A stretch of 64,000 nucleotides of DNA, from contig NC_043004.1 of the NCBI RefSeq assembly GCF_006345805.1, positions 992,001 to 1,056,000 of the forward strand. The letters run 5' to 3'. Below the pieces are notes generated by a model. It did no database searches. It saw nothing but the letters and a program-made list of their open reading frames with translations, and was not told the DNA's origin. The DNA is from Octopus sinensis (lineage: Eukaryota). Positions 11,752 through 28,632 of this stretch are shown piece after piece (the first letter of the stretch is position 1; each line of letters opens with the position of its first letter). The position numbers and the translations under genes were made by a program.

Positions 11752-14700
11752 AACAGGACAAAGATCCCGTTCCTGAGAGACTTTGTTGCATGCAATCAAG
11801 CCTTATGCATAGCACTTACAGAAACGCACCTGAAACCGGACATAGCAGATGCGGAGTTACACATACCACAGTATGCTGTACTACGGACCGACAGGAAAGA
11901 AAGGAGTCATGGAGGTGTTGCTATGTACATCCGTGAGGACCTCACACCCCAGTCCTCTTGTCATACTCAAACTCGGTGTGTGACACACTAATTGTACATA
12001 TTAGGCAACTTGATGTAGTTGTGTGTGCTACATATCGCCCTCCAGATGCCCCAAGCCATGTGGCAAGTTTGAAGACTGCCTTATAAAAATAGAAGAAATT
12101 CTAACCACATTAGAAAAAGAACACACATAGGTTGCTTCTTATGGGAGACTTCAATCTGCCCAATGTCAGATGGCCCGAGGGCCTTTCTCTCCCAGGAATG
12201 ACAAGATGTGAACGAGGACAGGCGAGGTCCCTCCTGAACCTCATCAACACCCTGTACATGGAGCAGGTAATACTCCAACCAACCAGGGCAGGTAACACAC
12301 TGGATCTCTGCTTCACAAATGACATGGATCTCATCCATAATGTGAAAGTGACACCGACACTACTCTCGGATCACAACATGATAGAGCTGACCATGTACGG
12401 GCCAAAAGAGAGCACGGACATGCAGCCTACAAGAAACCCTCAAAATCTTTCCAGCTTGAACTACCATAAGGCAAACTGGAAACAAATTGAGAAAGAGATC
12501 CTCAAACAAAACTGGCCTAAATGTCTCCTCGCCAGACATCGACGTGAAACTTCAACAATTCATGTCTGTAATGCAAGCCATATGCTACAAATGTGTCCCA
12601 GAGAGAAAGGCCACTGTACACAAGAACAAAATCCCCAGAGAGAGGAAAATTTTAATGAGACGGCGTACGAAATTTTCAAATCGCCTAAACAAACAGATTG
12701 AAAGCAGTGAAAAGTCCCGCCTAAAAATAAACTGTTGGAAATCGAAAAATGTCTGCAACTCTCCCATGAAAAAGAAAGAGCAGACAAAGAAGCCTGGGCT
12801 ATAGAAAACATAAAATCTAACCCCAGAGCTTTCTACAGGTATGCCAAAGAAACAGCTACAGTGCACTGTAGAATAGGGCCACTCCTCGAAAAGGATGGCA
12901 CACTTACAGGAAAACCAATGAGGGTAAGTGAAATACTGAATGAGCAATTCAAGAGTGTTTTCACTCCACCCCTTGGGCATCTCCAAATCACCAATCCAAC
13001 TGACTTTTTTACCACTGCAGATATAAAATCAGAGGCGGCGACGATAGATTACATCGATATAAAGGAAGACGATGTAACCAAGGCTATAGATGAAATGAAA
13101 ACAGACTCAGCTACTGGCCCCGATGGATTCCCGGCAATCCTCCTAAAAGCATGTAAGAGAGTCCTAGCAAGACCACTGCAGTTCCTCTTTCAGAGCTTCC
13201 TTGCAGCTGGCAAACTTCCAGGAAAACTGAAGGAAGGTAAAATATGCCCCATTCATAAAGGAGGTAGCAGAGCGGAAGCCAAGAACTATAGACCTATCTC
13301 TCTGACCTCACTCACACATCAGCAAGGTCATGGAACGAATAGTCAGAAGGAAGCTGATCACCTTCCTTGAAGAGAATGACTTGCTGCCCGACACCCAACA
13401 TGGTTTCCGACCAGGGAGAAGCTGTTTAACTCAGCTCCTACAACACTATGACTGGGTGCTGAAACGGCTGCTCAACCACTCAAATGTGGAAGTGATATAT
13501 CTCGACTTTGCAAAGGCCTTTGATAAAGTCGATCATGGAATGATATGTCACAAACTGCGTGATCTCAACATAGTTGGAAAACTGGGAGAATGGCTTCATG
13601 ACTTTCTGAAGGATAGAAGTCAGGTGGTAGTAGCCAATGGGGCCACCTCCATTAACACACAAATAGTGAGCGGTGTTCCGCAGGGCACTGTTCTGGGACC
13701 ACTACTGTTCATAATGGCCCTCTCAGACATGCCCTCAGCCACGCAGAGAGCCACGATCACAAGTTATGCAGATGATACAAAAGTTTCACAGGCAATACAG
13801 AACCCTGAGGACACTAAACACCTGCAATGTGAGCTGGACGAAATATACAAGTGGGCTGAAAAGAATAGCATGCAGTTCAATGCTGGAAAGTTTCAAGCTT
13901 TATACTATCAGCATGCAAAACTGAATGCAATACCCAATGAATACACTGGACCCGGAGGATTGCAATCCCAGAGGCACAATCAGTGCGTGACCTGGGTATT
14001 CACATGAGTGATGACGCGACCTTTCATGTACATGTTGCTAAACTGACAATGAAATGTAGACGGCTGGCTGGATGGATTCTTAGAACCTTTAGAACAGAGA
14101 ACAAAAAACCATGATGTGGTCCTCTGGAAGACACTTGTCCTAAGCCACTTTGACTATTGCTCTCAGCTATGGTCACCATCCAGTGTCAAGTTGATCACAG
14201 AACTTGAGGCGATCCAACGAAGCTACACAAAGAAGATAGCCTCTATGCAGAATGTAAGCTACTGGGAAAGACTCAAGAGATTAAAATTATATTCTCTGGA
14301 GCGTAGGCGGGAAAGATATGCCATAATATACATCTGGAAGATCCTGGAGGGAAGTGTCCTGAACTTTGGCATCGAGAGTTACGCAAATGCCAGAACTGGG
14401 CGCCACTGCGTGGTGCCTAGGACTCCAAACCTGCCATCAAGATGTAGGACAAGATTCTGTGATAGCCTGGGCTTCCGAGGCCCACAGCTCTTCAATATCC
14501 TCCCGAAGAACCTGAGAGACCTGCATGGGGTGGATACAGATGTCTTTAAAATGAAGCTGGATCTCTTCCTGTCAGGTGTCCCAGATGAACCAACTTCACG
14601 GCAGGAGGGGCAGATGAGGGCAGCTGCATCGAACTCTCTCATGCACCAAATAGCAGTTGCTAGAAAGCCTCCATGAAGTGAAACCAAGTAGCAACACCAA

Positions 14701-14757
14701 ATGGCGGTGCCCCAGCATGGCCACAGCTCATAAGCTGAAACTAGAATCAATCAATCA

Positions 14758-14760
<3 letters not shown>
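11752..14760 (+). mobile_element. 5'-truncated CR1-like (CR1/L2/Jockey group) LINE: frameshifted APE endonuclease and RT ORF2, (AATC)n tail
   Basis: APE motifs LMGDFNLP, TRAGNTLDL and SDHNMI. RT motifs LDFAKAFDKV, GVPQGTVLGPLLF and SYADDTK. C-terminal LYSLERRRER. Split over ORFs 12132-14676. Confidence 0.92.
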
Positions 14761-14824
<64 letters not shown>

Positions 14825-14858
14825 ATATATATATATATATATTATATTATATATATAT

Positions 14859-14892
<34 letters not shown>

Positions 14893-14920
14893 ATATATAT
14901 ATAATATATTATATATATAT

Positions 14921-14955
<35 letters not shown>

Positions 14956-15125
14956 TTATATGTATATATATATATATATAGAATATATATATATATATGT
15001 AATATATATATATATATATATATATTAATATATTATATATAATATATCTATATATATAATAATAGTATATATTATATATATATGTATATATATAATATAT
15101 TATCTATATTATATTATATATATGT

Positions 15126-15166
<41 letters not shown>

Positions 15167-15211
15167 ATATATATAATGTATATTATATGTATATATATAT
15201 ATAACTATATG

Positions 15212-15250
<39 letters not shown>

Positions 15251-15545
15251 TATATATAATATATAAATATAAATATGTATATATATATATATATTATATA
15301 TATCTCTATATTATATATATATATATCTAAATGTATGAAATAGATATATATATTATATAATGTATGATATATTATATATTTTAATATATATATAATAATG
15401 TATATATATATATATATATATATTTAATAATATATATAATAGAATATATATTATATATCTATTAGATTCCTGTATAGACCTACTGCCCTACTACTATATT
15501 ATATGTATATATTATATATAATATGGTATATAGATATATTATAGG

Positions 15546-15580
<35 letters not shown>

Positions 15581-15693
15581 GTTAATATATATAATATATA
15601 TAATATATATATATATATAATATATATATAGATAATATATATATATAATATATAATATAGATATATATTATATATATTATATATGTAGATATA

Positions 15694-15766
<73 letters not shown>

Positions 15767-15993
15767 TAGTATTATATATAATATGTATATATATATATAT
15801 AATATATATATATGTATATAATATATATATTATAGATATTAATAGATATATATTATATATATATATTATGTATAATATGTATATATATATATATTATATA
15901 TATATGTAATATGTATATATATATATAGTATAATATATATATATATTAAATATATATATATATATATGTATATATAATATATATATATGTATA

Positions 15994-16026
<33 letters not shown>

Positions 16027-16183
16027 TAATAATATAATCTATATATATATGTATCTAATATAATAATTATTATATATATATATATATAGATATATATTAT
16101 ATATATTATATAGTATATATATATATATAATATATTATATATATAGATAATATAGATATATATATATATATATATGTATTATA

Positions 16184-16221
<38 letters not shown>

Positions 16222-16307
16222 GTATATATCTATATATATTATTGATAATAGTATATATATATATATATGTATAGATAGATATATATATTATATATATATA
16301 ATATAAT

Positions 16308-16339
<32 letters not shown>

Positions 16340-16373
16340 GTATATATGTATATATAATATATAGATATTATTA

Positions 16374-16404
<31 letters not shown>

Positions 16405-16470
16405 ATATATATGTATATATATATATATGTTATATATATATATATATATAGATATATAATGATATATATG

Positions 16471-16503
<33 letters not shown>

Positions 16504-16515
16504 GTATATATGTAT

Positions 16516-16546
<31 letters not shown>

Positions 16547-16554
16547 GTATATAG

Positions 16555-16597
<43 letters not shown>

Positions 16598-16650
16598 GTA
16601 TATATATATATATAATATTATATATATATATTGATTATATATATATTATA

Positions 16651-16694
<44 letters not shown>

Positions 16695-16695
16695 G

Positions 16696-16727
<32 letters not shown>

Positions 16728-16741
16728 ATGGATATATATAT

Positions 16742-16776
<35 letters not shown>

Positions 16777-16795
16777 ATATATATATATATATTAT

Positions 16796-16839
<44 letters not shown>

Positions 16840-16845
16840 TATATA
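14761..16845. repeat. About 2.1-kb degenerate (TA)n tract
   Basis: Direct reading; begins immediately after the LINE tail. Confidence 0.95.
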
Positions 16846-16978
16846 AGAGATAATGGTGTCATTGAGACCCAAAGGTGTCAGGTAAGCGAATAAGTGCTAT
16901 AGGCAGATCATAGTCATGTTCCGATTCAGTAATTTTGCGAATAAGGGGTTCAATGTTGGTTGTATGTCAGCGTGTGAA

Positions 16979-17155
16979 TATAAGAATTTTTTGCGTAATA
17001 AGATAAAAAAAAACCAAGGCTGTGTAGATATTAGAGCATTTATAGATAGAAGATCTTATATCCTAGAAACAACTGTAAGACCTTCTATCTATAAATGCTC
17101 TAATATCTATACAGCCTTGGTTTCTTTTATCTTATTACACAAAAAATTCTTATAT
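16979..17155. repeat. Fold-back palindrome, arms about 75 bp
   Basis: ATAAGAATTTTTTGCGTAATAAGAT...GATAGAAG pairs with CTTCTATC...ATCTTATTACACAAAAAATTCTTAT. Confidence 0.85.
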
Positions 17156-17596
17156 ATATATATATATAAAGTAGAAAGTCAAAAAGTCAAAAGGAAGAGT
17201 AAATATGGCTAGACAGCTTTTTAATAATCACTACAAATGTTTTGATGCGTACGGAACCTTGTATATACAGGATTTAAAGTTAAGTTTAAATTAAATTATG
17301 TAACGATTTACCTGTATAAGAAGATCTATATGTATCTCCTCAGGTGATATTCAAATGCTGTCTCTGTAAGTAAATCTAGATTTCCATGCTACAACATCCT
17401 TGACTAGAATCGGTAGCATACCATAATAATTCTACTGGCTATTTGGGAATTCTAAGGGTGAACAAGCTCTATTTGTACTCTAATATATTCTTAACAGAAC
17501 ACACCGCAACAATATATATATTTATATTCTTTTACTCTTTATATATATATATATATATGTACATATATATATATGATGTATGTGTATAGATATGTA

Positions 17597-18395
17597 TTAA
17601 GTCATTCCATAAATAATGCCCGGGTTTTTTTCAATTGCAAAAACTAAAAGCCAGAGGGGGATGGGATAAACTACCCGCTTATTTTTAGTGCAAGTTTTGA
17701 AGAGTGCAGTTCGATTTTAAGTTATTCTTTTCAAAGATACAATGGAAGTGAAAAAGGAGCATATTTGGCATATTTTGCTTTATGAATGCAATAAAGGCAA
17801 TAATGCAATGGAAAATGTGAGGAATATTAATGCAGTGTATGGGGATCGGAAAAAAGTGCAAGCCAGTGTGAACAATGGTTCCAGAAATTTCGAGCCAGAA
17901 ACTATAGCCTAGATGAGCCTTGTCCTCGATGATCTGTAGGGTTCAACAAGAACATCCTGCAAACCCTGGTGGAACAAAATCCCATTGTAACTGTTGAAGA
18001 AATAGCAGAGGAGCTTGGATTTGGTTATTCAACCATTCATCGACACCTGAGTGCCATTGGAAAAGTCAGCAAATTGACTCAATGGGTTCCTCACAAATTT
18101 TCTGAATCTAATCACACTCAGAGAGTGAATGTGCGCTCTTCTTTTCTGTCACATCTCATGAATGAACCTTTTTTGGACTGAATAGTGACTGGTGATGAAA
18201 AATGGGTTCTCTATAAAAATATCAAGTACCAAAGACAGTGGGTAGGGAAAGGAGAAACACTGGCACCCAGGCTAAAGAAGGTCTTCACCAATGTAAGGTG
18301 TTGTCATCTGTTTGATGGGGTTTGAAAGGTTTAGTCCACTTTGAGCTTTTAAACTCAAACCAAATGATAACAAAGATCTACTGCAAGCAGCTTGA
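17597..18395 (+). mobile_element. Mariner (DD34D-type) transposon relic, left TIR and N-terminal transposase, cut by an RTE 3' end at about 18396-18575
   Basis: TA-TTAAGTCATTCCATAAATAATGC end. Remnant MEVKKEHI..ILLYE from 17742, WVPHK, and IVTGDEKWVLY with stops and frameshifts. Confidence 0.88.
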
Positions 18396-18587
18396 GTGGC
18401 ATGTAAAAAGCACCCACTACACTCTCGCAGTGGTTGGCGTTAGGAAGGGCATCCAGCTGTGGAAACTCTACCAGATCAGATTGGAGTCTGGTGCAGCCAT
18501 CTGGTTTGCCAGACCTCAATCAAATCATCCAACCCATGCTAGCATGGAAAGCGGACGTTAAATGATGATGATGTATACATATATATG

Positions 18588-18634
<47 letters not shown>

Positions 18635-18695
18635 GTATGCATGGTGACTAAAGGCATCTCGCTCAGAGTAAAAGGCAGATTGTATGATGCATGTG

Positions 18696-18795
18696 NNNNN
18701 NNNNNNNNNNNNNNNNNNNNNNNNNNNNNNNNNNNNNNNNNNNNNNNNNNNNNNNNNNNNNNNNNNNNNNNNNNNNNNNNNNNNNNNNNNNNNNN
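18696..18795. other. Assembly gap (100 N)
   Basis: Run of N. Confidence 1.
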
Positions 18796-19214
18796 GAGAT
18801 AGACTGATGCTATACAGAGAAAGAAACATAAATACTGTACTTCTTTTAATAAAAGACGCAAATAACATATTTATTATTAATAACAGCCCATTTTGCAGAA
18901 AACTCACTTTAATTCTAGGAAAAAAAAGTTATTTTCACAGAAAATGGCTCACTTTCTAGCAAAACCACACCATTTAGTGACAGCCCATTTTACGAATCAC
19001 TGGAATCATTTCATGAAAAATGGAGTTCATTTTCGTTATCTATGGTAAAAACTGTTCCAGAAAATGATGTTCTCTTCTCTGTGGCAAAATCATTGTTGTA
19101 CAATGTTATTAATTATAAATTTATAAATTTGGCTTTTTGGCTGTAATGCTTGCTGGCTACCTATATCATTGTTGTTCTTATTCATTAATAATAATAATAA
19201 TGATAATAATAATG

Positions 19215-19254
<40 letters not shown>

Positions 19255-19256
<2 letters not shown>

Positions 19257-19630
19257 GCCGGACATAATCATCAAAGATGGGAAGAATGAGAAATGCTTAA
19301 TGATAGATGTGACAGTACCATCAGAGAGAAATGAGTCCATTAAAGAAGTTGAGAAGTTATTTAAGTAGAAAGATCTAGAAATAGAAGTGACCAAGATGTG
19401 GGGAATGAAAAGCAGCACAGCACCAGTGGTGATTGGAGCATTAGGGCTAATTAAAAAGGGCCTTGATAGGCAACTCAACAAACTCCCTTGTAGTGTTAAT
19501 GTGGGAGAACTTCAGGAAATAGTGTTGCTAGGTTCCGCACACATATTGTGCCGTGTACTCTCCATAAGATGAGGACCTGCTGTGACCCTAGGGTTCAGGG
19601 ATGATCCCAGTTCAGCAGAAGAAAACGAAC
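19255..19630 (+). mobile_element. R4/Dong-like RLE retrotransposon 3' fragment between (TAA)n tracts
   Basis: PDIIIKDGKNEKCLMIDVTVPSERN...EIEVTKMWGMK..PVVIGALG: PD-(D/E)xK RLE C-terminus. Confidence 0.8.
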
Positions 19631-19661
19631 CATATTTTATTAAAAAGAAAAAAAAAAATAA

Positions 19662-19698
<37 letters not shown>

Positions 19699-20305
19699 GG
19701 TTTGTATAATTCACCTTTGGAAACATGGGTGTTTCGTTCAAAATCCTTAAACAACCCTTATTCAGGGACCTTTTGAGCGGGATGGGCTACTCGACCAGAA
19801 GAAATTTCTAACTGGACCCCACCTGCAAGGTCATGCATTGTTTATCTTGATAAGAGATCACCATGTTGCACCCTTATCAGACAGGTAGTCATGATGGGTA
19901 TACTGGGCTTCGTATATTTTACCCCAGTGTCACTTTGATGGCATGCACTGCTCTTTCACTCAATGATAATAATAATATCTTTATATATATATATATATAT
20001 ATATTACATACATACATACATACCAACATACATACATACACACACATACATACATATATATATATATTATATCATTATCATCATCCTTTAACATCTATTT
20101 TCCATGTTGGCATGGGATGGATGGTTTGATCAGAGCTGACGTGCTGGAGAGCTGCATCAGGTTCGAGTCTGATTTGGCCTGGTTTCTACACTCACATGCC
20201 TTTCCTAACGCCAACCACTTTACAGAGTGTGCTGGGTGTTTTTAATGAGGCACTGGCACCAGAGGTTTTACATGGCACTATCATGTATGTATATGTGTGT
20301 GCGTG

Positions 20306-20338
<33 letters not shown>

Positions 20339-20352
20339 CTATAAGCTGTTTG

Positions 20353-20533
20353 CCAATGTAATGTGACTGTTGCAAAAGGGACAATGTTACTGCCCCAAGA
20401 AACATTATTTCCAGCAGGCAATATGACACACTATCTGTATCCTTAGTGTGTCATACAGCCAGCTAGAAACGATGTTTCTTGGGGTTAAAACAACAGTAAC
20501 ATCGTCCCCTTCGGGACAGTCACATTATGTTGG
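20353..20533. repeat. Imperfect fold-back palindrome, arms about 80-90 bp, 10-nt loop
   Basis: ...AATATGACACACTA-TCTGTATCCT-TAGTGTGTCATAC...; outer arms pair out to CCAATGTAATGTGACTG / CAGTCACATTATGTTGG. Confidence 0.85.
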
Positions 20534-20574
20534 AAAATACCCTTTACTTCGAAGAATGTTACTCTTCTTGATAA

Positions 20575-25040
<4,466 letters not shown>

Positions 25041-25490
25041 GCCGTCTGCCAGCCTCGTCGGCCTGTGTCGGGGCACATAAAAACACCATCCGAGCGTGGC
25101 CGTCTGCCAGCCTCGTCTGGCACCTGTGTCGGTGGCACATAAAAAACCATCCGAGCGTGGCCGTCTGCCAGCCTCGTCTGGCACCTGTGTCAGTGGCACA
25201 AAAAAAACCACCATCGAGCGTGGCCGTCTGCCGCCTCGTCTGGCACTGTGTCGGTGGCACATAAAAACACATCCGAGCGTGGCGTTCGCCAGCCTTGTCT
25301 GGCACCTGTGTCGGTGGCACATAAATCACCCACTACACTCTCGGAGTGGTTGGCGTTAGGAAGGGCATCCAGCTGTAGAAACACTGCCAGATCTGACTGG
25401 CCTGGTGCAGCCTTCGGGCTACCCAGACCCCAGTCGACACCGTCCAACCCATGCTAGCATGGAAAGCGGACGTTAAACGATGATGATATA
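25041..25490 (+). mobile_element. RTE 3' UTR copy with a homogeneous array of about five 62-bp units
   Basis: Unit GCCGTCTGCCAGCCTCGTCTGGCACCTGTGTCGGTGGCACATAAAAACACCATCCGAGCGTG, then the family B terminus and (GAT)n. Confidence 0.85.
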
Positions 25491-25496
25491 TGATGA

Positions 25497-25544
<48 letters not shown>

Positions 25545-25664
25545 TATATATATATTATATATATATATATTATATGTGTATATATATATATATAATATAT
25601 AATATATATGTGTATATATAACATATATAATATTGTGATATATATATATATATATATATATGTA

Positions 25665-25900
25665 TCATCATCATCATCATTTAGCGTCCGCTTTCCATGG
25701 TAGCACGGGTGTGGACGATTCAACTGGGGTCTGTGAAGCCAGAAGGCTGCATCAGGCCCAGTCTGATCTGGCAGTGTTCTACGGCTGGATGCCCTTCCTA
25801 ACGCCAACCACTCTGGAGTGTAGTGGGTGCTTTTTACGTGCCACCCGTACAGGCCAGACGGAGCTGGCAAACGGCCACGGACGAATGGTGCTTTTTACGT
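25665..25900 (-). mobile_element. RTE 3' end (family B)
   Basis: (CAT)n-TTTAGCGTCCGCTTTCCATG...GGATGCCCTTCCTAACGCCAACC. Confidence 0.8.
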
Positions 25901-25912
25901 GCCATATATATA

Positions 25913-25961
<49 letters not shown>

Positions 25962-26169
25962 TGAAAGATTTAGAAATAATTTTTATATATACTAGCAGAG
26001 ATGCCTGGCTTTGCTCAGGATTAAAATGCATATATTTTTTATTGCTTCCCAACCATATGGTTCGGGGTTCATTCCCACTTTGTGGCACCTTGGGCAAGTG
26101 TCTTCTACTATGGCCTCGGGCTGACCAAAGCCATGTGAGTGGATTTAATAGATGGAAACTGAAAGAAGC

Positions 26170-26200
<31 letters not shown>

Positions 26201-26220
26201 GATGATGATGCATATATATT

Positions 26221-26625
26221 TTTTAATAATATATTATTATTAATATTAGGAAATCAATATCAAAACACCTCAGAAAGATATACACGTGTAAAAATAGTTG
26301 TTGTATTAAAAATAAATAAATATAAATATGTATAAAAATATATGTAAATATGTATAAGTATAAATATATATGACAGTTTAAAAGTTTGAATTAATTATTT
26401 AAAGCTTCTTACAATTGTTTCACATCGTAAGATGTTTTAAATAATTAATTCAAAACTTCTAAAGTGTCATTTATAATTATACATACTTACATAAATTTTT
26501 TTACATATTTATATTTATTTATTTATACATTTTTAATACAACAACTATTTTCTCACATGTATATCTTTCTGAGGTGTTTTGATATTGATTTCCTAATATC
26601 AATAATAATATATTATTAAAAAATA
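26221..26625. repeat. AT-rich fold-back palindrome of about 400 bp
   Basis: GGAAATCAATATCAAAACACCTCAGAAAGATATAC pairs with GTATATCTTTCTGAGGTGTTTTGATATTGATTTCC; centre near 26420. Confidence 0.88.
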
Positions 26626-26639
26626 TATATATATATATA

Positions 26640-26767
26640 CTCTCTCATGCACCAAATAGCAGTTGCTAGAAAGCCTCCATGAAGTAAAACCAAGTAGCAA
26701 CACCAAATGGCGGTGCCCCAGCATGGCCACAGCTCATAGGCTGGAACTGGAATCAATCAATCAATCA
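26640..26767 (+). mobile_element. Extreme 3' end of the CR1-like LINE
   Basis: Near-identical to 14636-14760, including the (AATC)n tail. Confidence 0.9.
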
Positions 26768-26954
26768 TAATCGCTCATATTAAATATATAAATACTTTAA
26801 AAGTATTAATACTTTGACACAATAGAGCACTCAATATAAATTCAGTATATAATATTCTCATTGAATATATTTAACTAAAGATTTATATCTATATGCTTTC
26901 AGTAAGAATGGCTGTATTATACGGTGCCCATATTTTCCAATCCAGTAAATAATA

Positions 26955-27110
26955 ACAATGATATTTTTATATAAGCTTAAAGCTTATGCTGTTCACCATG
27001 CAATGACTAATGAAAATGTCGAGGGCTTATATGCCCCGTTATTAGACTATCTTCCTTAGTCATTGCCTGGTGAACGCCATAAACTTTAACCTTATAGAAA
27101 AATACCATTA
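26955..27110. repeat. Diverged palindrome with a central GGGC-TTATAT-GCCC hairpin
   Basis: TATAAGCTTAAAGCTTATGCTGTTCACCATGCAATGACTAA versus the reverse complement of TTAGTCATTGCCTGGTGAACGCCATAAACTTTAACCTTATA. Confidence 0.75.
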
Positions 27111-27239
27111 TTATTATTTACAGGATTATAAAATACGGCGTCATATAACAAAATCATTTGCACCAAAAGCATATATATATATATATCTACACACACATAC
27201 ATACATACACACATATATCTCTCTCTATATATATCCATA

Positions 27240-27270
<31 letters not shown>

Positions 27271-27369
27271 AAGTTAATCCAAACATGAAAACACAAGAAA
27301 ACGAGGACGTGGAACAAGTAAACAAGTATAGTGTTATTGAATGCTCAGGAAAGGAAAGAAAGAAGGAGG

Positions 27370-27404
27370 ATTTAACGTTTCGAGCGGAGCTCTTCGTCAG
27401 AAAC
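27370..27404 (-). ncRNA. Minimal type I hammerhead-ribozyme motif with an intact core
   Basis: GTTT-CTGACGA-A-GAGC-TCC-GCTC-GAAA-CG-T-T-AAAT: stem I GTTT/AAAT, stem II GAGC/GCTC, palindromic AACGTT at stem III. Confidence 0.65.
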
Positions 27405-27569
27405 ATAGGAAAAGGAAAGATCCAAGGAAGGGAAGAAGGAGGGAAAAAAATCGCCAACGGTACACACATGGTCACATTGGTGACATGCCCAGTAATTCCC
27501 AGGAAAGTGGGCTTATCCATTGGTTCCATTCTCATAATTGTTTCACTAATCCAGTAACAACAATACAAA

Positions 27570-28299
27570 GTATGTAGCCCTTAAAACGGTTTTTGTGTAT
27601 TTATTAAGAATACCGAAATGTCTTAGAAAGGATCTTGCTTTTAGGAATTCCCAATAAGTTGTGAATACCCGAATTGCGAAGTCAGTTATGTAATAATTAA
27701 TTACCCTATAGTAAGAATTCAAATAAAGTAGCCCCAAAAAGGGCTTTAATATGTTCCCGGAGTATATAGAACATAGGAGGAAATACTAATAAGTTATGTA
27801 TACTAAAATCGTGAAGCATGTTACGTAATAACAGGCTAATCAGATATAAGGTAATAACAATTCAAAGTAATTAACTACGGAAAAGGCTTTTGTGCATTCC
27901 CAGAGAAAATTACCCTCAGCAGTGCTATTCGTGAATAAGTCACTAACCGAAATAAGTGGATCTATTGTTTAGGAGAATACTTAACTAAAATAGTTCAAAT
28001 ACTAAGAAATAAGTATACTCAATTTCATTTTTACCAAATAATTTACGAAGGAGGGAATGGGTTATTTCCCTTGGAAGCTTAAAAATAATTATGCCCGCTG
28101 TTCAACTGCACCCAAATGTTATTCTTCCCGCCATTTACCCGAACATTTTTTCGAAATCAATTTATACCTAAAACCTCCCCAGACACATAAGCAATGTGTG
28201 TGTGAAGCTTAGGAAAAATTGGTCAAGCCGTTTTTGCGCAAAATGAAGACATACCGATACAAACACACACATACATATTTTCAGTTTTAATATGTAAGA
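27570..28299 (-). mobile_element. Helitron-like non-autonomous element (5' end at 28299; 3' end not defined)
   Basis: Minus strand A/TCTTACATATTAAAACTG followed by a GTATGT/GTGT tract, like 35689 and 62167. The left boundary is approximate. Confidence 0.4.
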
Positions 28300-28596
28300 T
28301 ATATATATATATATACACACACACAAACTAAGAAATGGAATTAAATGCAGGTGTTACTCAAAAGATTTGAATAACACCTGTGTTTAACTCCATTTCTTAA
28401 TTTATCTATGTTAAACAAAAACATTTCACTAAACTCTGGAACTTCTACCTTTATAAGTAGGCAGTAACATTGTTGGCCCTTATGTGAAATTTTGCTACCC
28501 TGGTAACTATTTATTTACTTTTTCCATGTTATTTGTACTCATTGAAAAAATATACATGCATTTATATAAATATATATATATGTATGTATGTATGTA

Positions 28597-28631
<35 letters not shown>

Positions 28632-28632
28632 G

